A stretch of DNA of 64,000 bases from Geosiphon pyriformis uo1 (taxonomy: Eukaryota > Fungi > Glomeromycota), in NCBI GenBank assembly GCA_016748015.1, contig JAAOMT010000771.1, positions 98,290 through 162,289 on the forward strand, in the 5' to 3' direction. Position 1 is the first letter of the stretch, and each line of letters opens with the position of its first letter. Of this stretch, positions 27,740-42,311 are shown piece after piece. The position numbers were made by a program, and so were the translations under genes. The notes beneath the pieces are model-generated. The model was not told where the DNA came from and searched no databases. It saw only the letters and a list, made by a program, of their open reading frames with translations.

Positions 27740-30700
27740 TATGTACTTATATGAACTGAAGCCATGTCACCAACACCTGCATAAAACAAACAACACTTAT
27801 AATACCCAAAACTAATGCCAAGTGCATTAGCAACACTCAACAACCTAATTACTCTAGCCGATCATGTGGAATCAACTTATTCTTCTTCATAATGGCCCGG
27901 TGTTTCACATGGACCAGCCAGATATTATTACGAAATGCAAGACAAAACTTCCATATAAAATTTACAACATTGACCACTACCATCTTAGGATCCTTGTAAA
28001 CAGAAACAAACTCACAATACCAATTGCCAAAAACAAAACCCTTACACAGAATTGTACTGACAATCACATCCAAAATACAAGTCAACAACAACTGCAATAT
28101 GTACGAAAAAGAATGAAACAGACCAGAATGCACCTCCCAGGCAGCTACATAAGTGTCTAACAAATTGGCGCAATTATCAGCATCAGAAAAGCAAGAAAAG
28201 ACATGGTTTGAGACTTCTACCTCACCACAAAACAAACAAATTACACTGGAATAACCCCTATCATACAGATGCTTTCGCACAGCAACAGGAAAGTGATGAT
28301 AAAGAGCTTTCATAAAATATGTACAAAAGCCAGCCATCCAAATACTAGTAAAACCAGTCACCATGTGAGAATTCAGGTGCCACACCAGAGAGGACCTCAA
28401 CCAGTCAATATCAGCATGCAAACAACCTGGAACAACTCAGGAACCAGAACCAATCTCCCAATGCGCACGATGGATTGACCTGAATATGTCATGAACAAAA
28501 TGCCTCAAATTACCAAAAACTGTATTAACACCAGCCTTCAAAAACCTCTCACTGACCAAGTGGGGCAAATGCCAGGCAGAAAGGGCAGCATTCTTAGCCA
28601 GCGCATCAGCACACTCGTTGCCTGAGACACTCAAATGGCCTTTAACCTTAATCCAATTAACATCCAAATTTTTGTGATAAATAACATTGGTGATGTGACG
28701 ATGCTCAATTCAACAACAATTCTTGAAATCAGGGCCAACCAATAAAGACTTCGACCTGCAAGCATTGATAGCCACCTGGCTGTTCAAGAACAAATCAACT
28801 GAATGAAAAGAAGAAACACACTCAAAAACCAAAGCAATGGTCTGCAACTCTGCCAAAGTAGAAAAAACCAAACCAGAAACCCCTACACTCAGACCCAAAT
28901 TAATGTTTTCAAAGAAAACTGCAGCACCAGCCAATATGTCAACAGTGTCTAAGTTACTCAGAGACCCATCTGTGTACACAGAGAGGCAGGCGGCACCTAC
29001 ACTCAACAGATCATTACAAATAACACCAAAACCAAGAGACTGACAGATGTCAGAAGAACCACCAACACTCTCATAAGGGAAATGACAAGAAGGAAAAGCT
29101 ACACCACTAAAAAAACATACAGAGAAATCAAACTAAAAGGGGACCAGGCCATGAGAGTTCAGTCTTTTCCAACACTTGAAAGTCTTCCAATCAAAAACAA
29201 TGCCATTCCAGTCACAAAGCTGTTCTACAAAAGCAATACCATAATGCCTAAGGGAGGAGACACATTTGAAGAAAATTGTCTTACTGAGTACTAGAGACAT
29301 AGAAGTACCATACCAAAGACAAAAAGCATCAGCCAGAGATCTACCCAAAGACAAATCACACCCAGAAAAAATACAAACCACACCTGCCAAAAAGTTGTTT
29401 GAAGGGCTGACTTTAACACGAACAGAAAACAACAAAGAGTGACGAGAACACCAGTTAAGAACCTGGAGATTGTGAGACCTATAAGAAAACAAGCAACCCA
29501 AAACACCAACCGAATTTGCAAAAGCAATAACAGAAGCCAACTTGCTCTCAGCCTGAATTTGCTCAAAAGTCTTTAAATTGTACAAGAAAGAATAATAAAG
29601 TGCATCATTGGGAAAGTCCAAAGACAGCCCAGATTTGAATTTCAGGACCTTGTGAATTAAAGCATTCCATTTATTACACATACTGAGAGGAATAAAACTG
29701 AACTGAGTTTTGTAGCTAACAATATGAAAGAGAACTGAAGACACCAAATAAGCAAACTGTTTATCTGAAATAATTTTTTTCAGAATAAAATTGACAAAAA
29801 ACCGAATATCTGAATGTGCCTTAACCAAGCTAGACTTTGAAAGACCATTAGAAGATAAAAAAATACCCAGATAATGATGAGATTCACCTCTTTTAGTGAT
29901 GGAAATTGGCATATCACTGATAGTTAAGTAAAGAGCAGTGACCTGACAGTTGATAGAAATGGCCACAGTTTTGTCATTGTTTATCGAAATGTCATTTAAA
30001 TAAAAGAACTCACTAGCAACATTGAGGATGTGTTGTGTAGCAGCTTGGCTGCTACCGACCCAGATAGTATTATCAACAAAAGCACTAGTGGCCAGAAATG
30101 ATGTTAGCCCAGCTTGAGATTCTACTTGGCCAGTCTTAGAAACAAAATGAGAAATCAACCTGTAACCACAAATGCTCTTCTGTTTCTTAACCTTACACAA
30201 AAGCAAATCATAAAATATGCACTAGAGAAGTGGTGAAAAAACCTCTCCCTGATCTAATCCATCGTGAACATGATATCTATTAGTCAAACCAAAATCTGTC
30301 ATCACTCTGTTAGTGCAACCATTATGAATGCTACCAAAAAATCTGATAAATTTGTCACATATTTTGATCCTGATCAAACTCCTCTTGAGATGTTCCCAAC
30401 CAACAGAATCATAAGCTTTGCGCATATCCTGTAAAACCAGCCACAACTTTCAGTTTTTTTCCAAAGCATCATCGATCACTGAACCAATAACAAAGATAGG
30501 CGATTGAGTAGACATATTTTTCAGAACAGAGAAATTGTCCCCACAGAGAACATTAAAAGTGCTACAAGCCAGAGAGATCTGATTTGAAAGAATCTTGGAA
30601 AGGATCTTGCAAGCTGTTTCAATCAAAACAATAGGGTGAGTATTTGTAAGAACCTCTTCTCACTCGTAAGATTTAAGAATTATTAAGACCCAGGTTTCCC

Positions 30701-32384
30701 TCCAAGATCCAAGTACTGACTAACAACCCAAACAAAAATTTAAGAGCACTAAAAGCATATCCAAGACTGACTTGTAACAGTGTTTCTAAAGTTTATTAAG
30801 GATACCAGAAAGACCAGCTGCTTTCTCATCGGGCAAATTTGAAATAATACCAAACATCTCATCAAAACCAATTGAATACATTATATCAGAGAAGGCACCA
30901 TTGAAAACATGATCCAAAAGCAGAAATTGCCTTGTCCAATCACCAAAAATATCAGAAGCCACCACACATTTTCTAGTCCAACTCTCCATGATTCCATCTA
31001 CCTTAGATTTAACCAACTTAGGCTCCAGGACTAACTCTCTACCATCTACCAAATGATCCAACACTACTTTACAAAAAGGATGCTCCAAAACACTTTTAAT
31101 AGTGTGACTCTTATCCACCTCAAAACTCTCTATTCTCCTCTTAATAGCCTGCCTTATACTAGATTCTTCAGCACACTTAGATTCCAACAACTTAGAAGAG
31201 CGGTAAGACTTTCTTGTCTTAGCCAGCCCAGAATGGATTGCATCAAAACCAGCACCAGAAAAAAACAGAAATCTCACTGGTGAAGTGCTCACAGAATTAA
31301 GCCTGTTCCAAATATCCAACAACAAGACGAAATCTTCACCAAAAACCAACTGAAAAGCCTTCACCAGTTTAGACACAAGTAGCTCCAGTTTATGAAACCA
31401 GGAAGATACCTTATTAAAAACACAATCAAAACTCCTAAACCATTTTTTCTTGAACATTCCACCAGCCAAAAGAATTATAACTTTATAAACAATGTCCCAC
31501 ATTGCATCCAGATCAGAAAACTGCTTAGTTACAACAAACTCATCTAAGAACATAACAGCATTAGCAGCTGTAGCATTCCTGAATTCTGACCACTTAATCT
31601 TATTGGTATTTTTGACATCATACTTCCAACAATCTCTATTAGCTTGTTTGTGCAGTGAATTCAGCTGGACATTGAGCAGGCCATCCAGTCCCACAAAAAC
31701 ATAAACAGTCTTGTGATTAGTATCAAAATATTCCTCAACACCATCCACACCACAATCCACCACCACACCAACCAAATTAGAAGAAACAAACATGTAGTCA
31801 ATTGTCTTAGTAATACCACAAGAATTGTACCAAGTAGGTGACTTTACAAAAGAGCTCCCCCTCAGAGAGTTAATCAAACCCAAATCAAAACATTTTTTGA
31901 AACTGGCACATTTGTGCAAACCATCTTTATTAAAATCACTACCAAGAATAACAAAAGAAGACTCATTAATGGCTTTAGCAATAAGAGAGTTGATCTCACC
32001 AGCCTAAGAAAACTGAGCTACTGATGAAGCACCAGCATAGAGCCCCAAAATAGACACTGAAAGTTTATTTTTGAAAAGCAACTTTATGGATAAGAGCTGA
32101 CCAAGCACTTCAGAGATCTTGTAGATGTGCTTTGCTAAAGAAGAATTCATGACGATTAACACCCCAGCATCCAAAAAACCAGAATCCAGACCAGAAGTAA
32201 AAACCTGAACACCATCAAATTTGTTGGCCAACCATGAGTGAACTTTCCCTTTAAGCTTTGACTCTGTGAAAATAGAAACCAAATTGTCCATATCTTTGTG
32301 CCAACAAATGATATCATCTTGCTTTGCAGGATTGTTCAATCCATGAACATTACATGTAGCAATTTTCCATACCAGACCACTAAT
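27740..32384 (-). pseudogene. LINE ORF2: AP endonuclease, reverse transcriptase, RNase H, C-terminal zinc finger
   Basis: KIATCNVHGLN...FTESKL...ILGSDFN...TIDYMFVS...TNH (APE); QDMRKAYDSV, QGEVFSPLL, AFVDNT (RT); VYTDGSL...AELQTI...IKVKGH...GNECADALAK (RNase H); CLFCGEVEVSNHVFSC. Confidence 0.93.
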
Positions 32385-34081
32385 TGAGAAAGAGGTAGAG
32401 GAAGAGCACCACCTGCCAAAGCCAAACTGTCTAAGCATGCTGATAGGCTCATGACCGAAGCAGAGAGACCTTCCAACATGTTTTCCAATTTCACAACCTC
32501 AGGTGAGGCAGTTAAACCAAGAATGGCAGCAGTCTTGTCACTAGTGGCATCACCTGAACTCACTTTCATTATTATATCCTTCCTTTAATTCTGCGATGGG
32601 GGGGTCACTGGCAGCTGACATCCAGAGCTAGGCTGGGAAACTGCCAGCATGAATGAGTCTAACCTCTTAGTTAACTTACCAATTTGTCTCACAAGGCTAA
32701 CAAGACTGCTTTCAATATTCTTCAAACAGTTTTCCAATTCACCATTAACAGTCAGAAAAGCCAAAGAATGAGAAACAGAGGCAAATTTTTTTTCATATAT
32801 CTTTACCAGACAGAACTGATCCTGAGCTAAGAGAGGAGCTCTCTTGCTCCTAGGACTTGAGAACACACCAGCAATACGACAAGCAAGAGAAGTATGACCA
32901 GAAGTTTTGCAAATTAAGCACAGTACAGCAGTTAAATGAGACCATTGGAGACCAACACTTTTTATAACAGGAGTGTTTGCCATTGCCTGAATAAGACTAC
33001 CTTCAGAATTGAAGCACACAGTGGTACAGCATGCTCAGACATAACTGACAGAACTGTATTCAATAACACATGTTTTCCCACTGACTGAACCAATGAAGTC
33101 CCAAAGATCATAAGTGTTGGTGCCCATGGGGAGAGTATAAAGCAAAGCCCTAAATTCATCTCTGGCATTCCATGTTTGTTTGTCAACATCGGCCTGAGCC
33201 ACACACACTGCATTTTTTCCAATAAGGATGGACCACTTAGCTGCCAAGAGATCAGCCTGAATTTGATCCTCTAATTCAATGATTGCTTTTTGCCATAGAC
33301 CTACCAACTGCATCTTGATTGACTTAATACACCCAAATTCAGAAATGGCTGCATGCACTTCCTCAATGGAAGTTTCCACAGGAATTTTTTTCAACATAAT
33401 TGCCCAATTCATATGATTGTTGATGGGGTGCTTAAGATTGGTGTTTACCACAACACCACAATTATTTGCCAATTGTGCAGCTGCCATCATTGTCTTTTCA
33501 GAAGTGAAAAATGCCTGGATGATTCCCCCAAATTTTGAGGGGGTAGAGGCCCTCCCAAAACCATTTACACTTAAAAAGATTTTTCTGACAAAATTGACTT
33601 TTTCCTGAGAAGATTTTCCAGCCACCACTACCAGATCAATATCTAAAGTGAAGGATTTGCAAACAGGCACTTGAATAGACAGTTTGACTGGAAGAGAAGA
33701 TAAGAGAAATAGAGAATCATCCAATATATCATCTTCTGTATCAACAGTATCATAATCAATTACACCCAGTGGCTTCCCTAACACTTTCTTGGTCTTCACA
33801 CACAAATCTTTTGGTGTTTGATCAAGATCCCCTCCTGCAAAAGTACCATATTCATTATAGTCCACACTGGTTTCTTCGACCAAACATTCTTCTTTCATGT
33901 CAATACTCTCAGATTCCATAGTATTACCAGTCTCAAAACCCCATGAACAAACACCAAGAGCTTTGGCAACAACGCCTTTATTATCAATACTCTCTTCCAA
34001 TACACTTCCCTTCCTTTTCTTCCTTGATACAACAGTCTTGAAACCACCCTCAGAACCAGAAACTTTAATGGTCTTTTTCAT
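32381..34081 (-). pseudogene. LINE ORF1 (RRM-like region and CCHC knuckle)
   Basis: ORFs 33035-34081, 32585-33019 and 32336-32569; CLICKTSGHTSLAC knuckle; predicted coiled-coil C-terminus. Confidence 0.8.
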
Positions 34082-37000
34082 AACAGCAATAACAAAGCCA
34101 ACAGTGGCCTCGTAATCAAAGAATGGTTTTAATTTATCATACTGAATGGTAAAAAACTTCTTTCGAAAAAATTATAGACTCTTTTTTGGGATTTTTGGAT
34201 GAAAGAGAGAAAGAAGTTTTTTTTTAATAGTAATTAAAGACTGTTTTGTTTTTATATTATTTAAAAAAAGCATTATTTAGTTGTTTCTACTTTAAAAAGA
34301 GCTTTTTAAGTATTAAAACTGGTAAAAACATTATTAGAAATAAAAGTTATAACTAATATACTTTTTGTTTTAGATGTATTTGTAAATTTAAGAAAGAAAA
34401 AAATAAATTTTCTAATAAATTTTAAAAATAGTTTATCTTTAAATAATTTAAATAATGCAAAAATATTTTAAATTTGTATAACACAAATTTTTTTATAATA
34501 TAAAAAAAAATGTACTAAAAACAAATTATTTTATTAAGTTTTTAAATTGTTTAAAGAATTTAATTTTTATAATAATAATTTTTAAGTGTCTTTATATTAA
34601 TTTGTTTATAATTTTAATAATATTATATTACTTTAAAAAATAACAATAAAAAATTAATTTGGTTCAAAAGTTAAATTAATTTGAATGGAAATTTATTTTT
34701 AAAAGTTATTATTGTTTTTATTAAATTGTATTTATTTCAAATTTAAAATTTTCAACTAATAATTAATATATTTTTTTAAAAAAGATATTTTTTTTTTTAA
34801 ATATATTACTTTAAATTTTAATATTATTATTTCACTATATTTGAGAAATTTTATTAAAAATAACAATTGAAATAAAATAAATAAATATAAATAATAATGT
34901 AATAATAGTACAATAATAAATTAATAGTAAAATTTAAATATTTATTTATTAATAAATTTCACAATTAATAACAAATATTAATAAATTTATAAAACACATT
35001 TAAAATTGTAAAAATAAATAAGCTAAACAATATAATATGTGCCAATAATATATTTGCAAATAAAATAATTTCCATTTTAGTGTTTAAACTAAAAACAATT
35101 TTAACAAACTGTCAAATAATTAAACATATATATTTTTAACAAATATTGGAAATAATATTATAGAAAATAAAAAAAATACTTAAAGTGTTATATGATAAAT
35201 GTATTTAAAAAGCTTGACCTTTCTTGATTTTAAAATTATAATATAAATTATATATATGTATAGCAGTTTTTAACCATAAAATAATATTTCATGATTAAAT
35301 TGTGTTTTAATAAATAAATTTTTATATTAATATCTTAAAAATAAAATTAAATTAAGATTATTACCAATAATACAATTTAAAAAAAAGAAAAAAAAGAAAA
35401 AAGTTTGATTTTAATTTAAAGATAAGATAATTTAAAATTAAATGATGTTTTGAAAAATTTGTTTATATAGTTAATAAAAAAACAAATATCAAATTTAACA
35501 ATCAAGTAATAACTAAATTAATAATTAAATTAACTCTTCCAGTTATCAAAAGTGTGAACCAAATTAAAAACTTGTTTGAAGTTTTATCTTTAATTTGGGA
35601 TCATTTCTTATTTTTCAAGATCCATAGTTTTATTTTCTTGATTTTAGCAATTCTAGCATCCAAAGATGAGAAATTTCGGATCCCCAAATTTATAAATTTA
35701 TTTTAATGAATCATTTGCCGAATAAAATTATGTTGATTCAAAAATAAATCCTTCGAAAGATGGTAAACTTAAATCTTATTGTATAGATTGCACTTAGAAA
35801 TCAAAATTTTTATTAGTCAGCCAATTATTCTTGGCTAAATAGGCATTGATTTTCTTTCCAAATTTATGACCATGTGACGAATAAAAATAACTAATCAATT
35901 CACATCCCATTAAGTTGGTTGGTCTCACGCCGGATTATTCACGTTGATATCTTTCTAGTTTTCATGACCGATTTGATTATTATAAATTTTCCTTGATTTA
36001 AATTTATTCCTTGATTTAAATTTATTCCTTGCAAATGATCAAGCTATAATAGGTGAAAGAAATTGTTAGAATCTGTTGAATATTTGAAAAAATTTAAGGA
36101 ATTATTTTTATAACTTTCGGAATTGAAAAAAGCTGGACTGATAGGATTATATTTTGAAATTTAAACTAAAGAATTTATATTAAAATTTATATATTGCTTT
36201 GATAAGTAGTTTTTTTTCACAGATTCTAAGCATAACTTTGATGCGCAATAAAATCATATTAATCACTAGTGGATTAATTTTTTCTGCTATAGAACCATAT
36301 TTATTATTATTATTAATGTTTAACTCTAACAGATAAAACAAAAATACTTTCTTTTCATGTTTTTTCCTTTGTAAAAATTAATATAAAAACAAGCTAAGTT
36401 TTTGAATTTTTATGCAGCAGCTTAAAAACTATAAATCTGTAAGATCTCTCAATGAGGGCTTGTTTCATTCAATTTAAAACTAAGAATACAAATCATTTTT
36501 TTTAAAAAAAGCTTTCTAATCAGTCATTCACAATGATAATATCTATCAAAGAAAGCATCAAACTAAAAATTACTTTCAAAAAGTTAATCGGCAAAAAATC
36601 TTTTTATCGTTTTTCATTGTATTTTTTTTAGATTTAATTGCGCATGCAAACTCTATATCTATCACAAGTATTGTTAAAAGGGAGGATTTATTTGAACCAT
36701 TTTCTTTGAACGATAATATTAATTTAAACTTGGATCCTTCGAACGATAATATTAATTTAAACTCAAATCCTTTTTCCCTATCTAGTAATCCTTTTTTTAG
36801 ATAATAATAGCCAAAATACTAACCCATGAAATGGAATCCCCAGTTCACAAGAGATAGGCAACTTGGCATTTTTGCCATCTATAGATAATAGTGAGTTAAA
36901 TAATATACCAGGATCCTCAGCTGAAACCTCCGAATTATCTGTTCAAACGGATCCACTTCAAATAGCTTCAAATAATTTCTTTTATTACTTTTTAGTTTAA

Positions 37001-37769
37001 TTTTTGATAATCAATAAATATTTACATGTTATTACATTTTTTTAATATTTGTTTTATACTTTGTCTTTAATAAAATATGGAAATAAACAATTAAATTTAA
37101 GAAATTCATGCAATAACTTTAATTTTTTGTTAATTCAAAAGATTTTTTATTTTTAAATATTGGGGGGTTTTTTTTTGCAGATTTTTTATTATTTTATCAG
37201 CACATATTGTTTTTAATAATTGAAATGAGGCTTTAAAATTTTTTTTGTATAGATTCATTTGTGAAGTTTATGTTCTTAATTAAATAACATAAAGTTTCAT
37301 GTATACATTATTTTAATTTAATATTTAACAATCTTAAAATGATTAGTTTCGTTCTGACTTCAATTTAATCTTCCAATTAATTTTATTTTTTTGAATTTAA
37401 AGTTTTAATATTTGAATACAAATTCTTTATTGAAAGATTAATCTTTATAATTCTTTAATATATATAGATATCTGTAATCGACATTTTTATGTAAGCAAAT
37501 AATATTAATACTTAGAATTCTAATTTTTAATTTTTTGATCGAATTCGTGTAAATTTTTAACCATGTGTTAAATAAACAAAAGAAATTGTGTAATCAATGG
37601 TTTCACCCTTTGAACTGCATGTTTCAAACTCTTATTTCCCCAGGTTTAGTTTGGTTTGCTTTTTCATACATTAGATCTAAAATTTCCTTTTTTTATACAT
37701 TACATGACATTTGTATCAATAAAACAATAAAAACCAGTCTTGAGATGATTAATTAAGATCAATAAAGTT

Positions 37770-40700
37770 TGAAATTTGAAGCTAAAAATGTGATAATCAA
37801 ATGATAATATGATTTCGAGAAAAAATCACCTTGCCCACATGCAATAGAAACAAATTTCCCAGAATTTTACATCCAAAAAAAAAAGTTATATCAGAAAAAT
37901 TTTTATTAAATAAAAGAGAGAAGACTCTTGTTAAATTTTCAAAAAAGTATATACAAAGAAAGACAGTATGCTATTTAAAGAAATAGAAGCGAAAATGATG
38001 ATACTTTGAAACAGAACTAAAAATGTAAAACAGAACTTTGATGCGATAAGAATAGTTAAGAAATGGAATCTAAAAGAAAAACCACTAAATAAAAAAAGGT
38101 TCAAAAAGTATTTTAAACCAATCCTAAGATTAAAAAACAAAACAGTGAAGTGAAAAATAAAAGAATGAGGAAATTAAAGAAGCCAAACTCAAAAAATGCA
38201 AAGTCCAAAAGCCCTAAAATTAATATGCCCCGTACAAGAGAGTAGAAAATGGAATAAAAAATTTTGAAAATACAAAAAAGATTTTTTATTATTCTAGCTT
38301 AAAGATTAAAATAAATGAACATACCATGCATAGTATCGCAAACTTCAAAATAAACAGATAATGTGGTTATCGAAAAGCATTATATTAATTAAATTTATTT
38401 CCAAATTTAGTAAAGGGAAAAAGATTATTTGTGATATTTTTTACACATGGGCATAAATTACGAAGATTTCTTTTTAAATTAGGATGGACACATTGAAAAT
38501 CCTCTTTTGATGTGGAAGAATGAGGACTCATTGACTTTGGGCTTTATATGTTTTCCAATAATTAGAAAAAGGAAGGGAATGGCTGGTTGGAGCATGTAAA
38601 ATAGTCTTTGGATGATGACGCTACCAAGGAAATGGGTGATGTTGGCAACGATATGTTCAGTTTATTAGTGATCGATTGAATTGACATTAGATTTCTTGGA
38701 GGACTTGAACTGGTTGTTGATAAGTTGTGAATTTGTAGAGGTGAGAGCATTAAAGATGAACGACGTGAACGCTGATATCTATGATGGGTGGTTTTTGTTC
38801 TTTGGCTTCTTTTTGTGCTAGCTGATGATTTTCATTTGATAATACAACTGTTGAATGATGAGTTTTTACCGATTGCTTGAACGTGGGTGATTCGGAGTAA
38901 TCGCTTTCGATACTTAGTACTGTTTTTGAACACATTGGGCTTTATTAAAGCAAACGCTGAGGTTTTTCTTTGGGTGACTTTTCGCCAGTGGTGAGGGTTA
39001 AGAGGCATTGGACCTGCACTTGTAACTTTTCCGGTGAATTCTGAATCAAGTTCATCAACTTTTGAAAAATTAACATGACGAAAGCACATATTTGAGTTAT
39101 CTAGCTCGAAGTTTTCTTTTTTTAACCGTTTCCAAATCATTCAATTAAAATTAAGAGATTTTTATAAACACGACGTATTAAAGCATTTTCGCTGTATCAA
39201 TTTCGTATGCATGCTTTTTCCCCGGAGATATGGAACGAATGGTTTCAAGAGAATTGTTGGTATTTGCTAGCTGATTATTAAAATTGAAAATTCCACAAGT
39301 ATCATGTTGACGATAAAATTCGGAGCTGAAATGATCATTATTGAGTGATTGAATTCAGGAATTTACAATCAAGAAAATATCTTGTCCCTTTATTGCTGAA
39401 ACAATGAATTTATAACCGATAAAGTATTCTGGAACAGCTCAAGACCATTGGGTAATCATAACGATGACATGAAAATCGCGAGAGATCGATCAAAAAATTT
39501 TATTTCGCGGCGAGTTGATTAATTATGTAAAATTTTATATTGAGCATTATCTAAATGCATAATATCAGAGAAACTTAGTTCCAATGTACATTTATATATT
39601 AAAACAAGTTTAGTTTTTTTTTTATTGAAATAAAGCTTTCAGATTTCATTCAATTGTTGAAAATATGAAGCAATTGAATTTTGAATTTAGATTTGGTCAG
39701 AAGTCTGGAGAAATTCTAAAATTTTTTGATGAAACACAATGCATTGGTAAAATTGAAGCTCCCCGATTTGCTTTTTAATTGAACTATGAAGTTTATCCGG
39801 AACGTGATATTTACAATGACAGCATCATGAAATTTTTTTCTACTGTAGAAATCTAACAATAAAAATCTAGAATTGAACCAATCGGTTTCCTTTTGAAATG
39901 ATTCCTGAAATTGATAAAAATTTAACATTATTTATTCATGCCAAATATCGACTTCTTTTTAATTGTGTTTATTTCACCCATGAACTCATTAAATATAGCA
40001 TCTAAGTTTCTAGAGAATTTAAATGACAACTAGTATAGATCTTTGCATGGATTGTTTGTTAAAAAGAAAATGGCGAAAAGTGGTGTAATATTTTTCTGTG
40101 TATCCTACTATTTAGTCTGATATTAAATTTTTTGGAATACTTAAAATAGGATGGTACTAATAAAGATAAGCTGGTAAAAGGGACATGATCATGCAAAGGT
40201 TAAAACTATCTTATATTTAAAAATATTGGTCTATCAAAAAGCTAGAAGAAACAAAAATCGCCAAGAATTAGAGCAATTTATCGGGGACGAGTGGCGTGAT
40301 TTTGTCCGATTTACACTAATCAGGTTATAGGAATCAAATAAAATATATAAATAAGGAAGCTTGTGCTAAATTAGAAGGAAATGGCAATAAAAAACTCTAG
40401 TTTTTTAGTTTTAAAATAAGATATTTTTTGTTAATTGAGATATAATAGCCATTTAATTAATTTCGATTCTTTTATCCCAAACTGTATTTCTCCTATTTTA
40501 ATTTAAAATTATTATTTTTGAAAAATTTTGGTTACCTGAAATCGTTTAAACTATTTATAATTTGCTTAATGAGTTCAAATTCTTTTTCGAGTTGTTGATT
40601 AATACTTTGAATGCATTATTAATTTTTTGACACACTCGGGGATATATTACCAGATCAATTGGAAATTGAATTTATGTAAAAATAAAAAATTTTAAACTTA

Positions 40701-41611
40701 TGAAAGATAATACAAGAAATATTCACAGATAAAACACGTATATAAGTATGGCGTTGAGTCTCGAAACTTTATACTTTAAAAATGACCCGGCCACTTACTA
40801 ACAATAATTATCTTGGATCTGTTAGTGGTAATCCGAATATTCCTACTATGAGCTCTTTCTCGCAAAACCATGAATTTTCTATACCATTCAATAATGAAGA
40901 ATTTGGCCATCATAGACTAAATGCCACTTTGTCATCCAACTACGATGAATACCATGAAAACCAGTGATTTAATCCACAACAACATTTCAATTACCTTCAA
41001 CAAAGTTCAAATTCGGGTGGGAGTATGAATCATTTGTCCCAAATACTCCAAAAACAACATAATCCAAATTCCCAACAACAACAACAACAAAATCAAGACC
41101 CAAATTCCCAACAACAAGAACATCAACATCAACATCAACAACAAGAACAACAACAGCAACAACAACACCATAGCCCAAATTCCCAACAACAACAACATCA
41201 AGACCCAAATTCCCAACAACGAGAACAGCAACAACAACAGCAACGGCAACAACAAAGACGTAATAACTGAAATTATCAACAAAACTTTTATTCGGTTGTC
41301 AACAATTTCAATTTTAGAACGAGAATAAGCGTCTTCTTTTTGGTTATTAACTTCAAATGTATGATCCTTTTTTCATCTTACTTTTCCCTTACAAACTTAA
41401 ATTCTAACAAAATTTAAATGATTCTTCCCTTATTAATAGTTCATAGCTTTTATTTATAGAACCATATCATTTTAATTCATCATGAAAATTTAAGTAATAG
41501 GTGTATAAAATAAGTGTCAAGCCATTATGAATACATTTTTCTATTGTATTCAAATCTGTTTAATAGTTGATTATAGTAGTAAGAGAAAAATGTTATTTGA
41601 CTTTTAGGTTA
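37770..41611. repeat. Segmental duplication copy A2
   Basis: Same-orientation paralog of 12155-16259; shared 3' end ...TGTTATTTGACTTTTAGGTTA. Confidence 0.9.
40782..41270 (+). pseudogene. Gln/Asn-rich terminal exon with PNSQQ repeats, interrupted by TGA at 40965
   Basis: ORFs 40782-40967 and 41025-41270 are in one frame; four CCAAATTCCCAACAAC units; shorter paralog at ~15670-15960. Confidence 0.55.
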
Positions 41612-41617
41612 CCAATA

Positions 41618-41755
41618 TTCTAGAAAAACAACATTTCAGCTCACAAGTACAAGCTTATGAAAGAAGTCTAAAATAATTTTGGAATTGTGACTTTAACATG
41701 GCCTCCATAATCACCAGATCTTAGCCCAATTAAAAATATGTGGAAATATATCAAG
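41618..41755 (+). mobile_element. Tc1/mariner DDE fragment
   Basis: F*KNNISAHK...LTWPP*SPDLSPIKNMWKYIK matches QDNAPxH...WPPxSPDLxPIENxW. Confidence 0.8.
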
Positions 41756-41863
41756 TAAAAATAATTTTCCTAATTTTGTGCCACTCCTCTGTATATTCAT
41801 GCAAAGAGTGCCTTTACATTGCCCAAAACTTCACTATAGTTACATAAATTCCTAAGCGGATAA

Positions 41864-42310
41864 NNNNNNNNNNNNNNNNNNNNNNNNNNNNNNNNNNNNN
41901 NNNNNNNNNNNNNNNNNNNNNNNNNNNNNNNNNNNNNNNNNNNNNNNNNNNNNNNNNNNNNNNNNNNNNNNNNNNNNNNNNNNNNNNNNNNNNNNNNNNN
42001 NNNNNNNNNNNNNNNNNNNNNNNNNNNNNNNNNNNNNNNNNNNNNNNNNNNNNNNNNNNNNNNNNNNNNNNNNNNNNNNNNNNNNNNNNNNNNNNNNNNN
42101 NNNNNNNNNNNNNNNNNNNNNNNNNNNNNNNNNNNNNNNNNNNNNNNNNNNNNNNNNNNNNNNNNNNNNNNNNNNNNNNNNNNNNNNNNNNNNNNNNNNN
42201 NNNNNNNNNNNNNNNNNNNNNNNNNNNNNNNNNNNNNNNNNNNNNNNNNNNNNNNNNNNNNNNNNNNNNNNNNNNNNNNNNNNNNNNNNNNNNNNNNNNN
42301 NNNNNNNNNN
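41864..42310. other. Assembly gap (N run)
   Basis: Run of N. Confidence 1.
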
Positions 42311-42311
42311 T

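Larger units (their letters stand above)
27606..34221 (-). mobile_element. Full-length non-LTR retrotransposon (LINE): ORF1, and ORF2 with APE-RT-RNase H-zinc finger; degenerate
   Basis: Poly-A (T run 27606-27614) next to AATAAA on the minus strand; direct repeat TTTTAATAGTA at 27594-27604 and 34222-34232 (TSD); two ORFs between. Confidence 0.92.

Noticed and set aside
27864-34115. Many + strand ORFs over the LINE, and antisense ORFs over the Gypsy elements
   Set aside because: Shadow ORFs of the real coding strand with no recognisable motifs.
36707-36762. Direct repeat GAACGATAATATTAATTTAAACT x2 (and a short repeat at ~35985-36031)
   Set aside because: Simple local tandem duplications with no sign of function.
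40987-41282. Minus-strand Leu/Val-rich membrane-like ORFs
   Set aside because: Antisense shadow of the CAA/poly-Q repeat.
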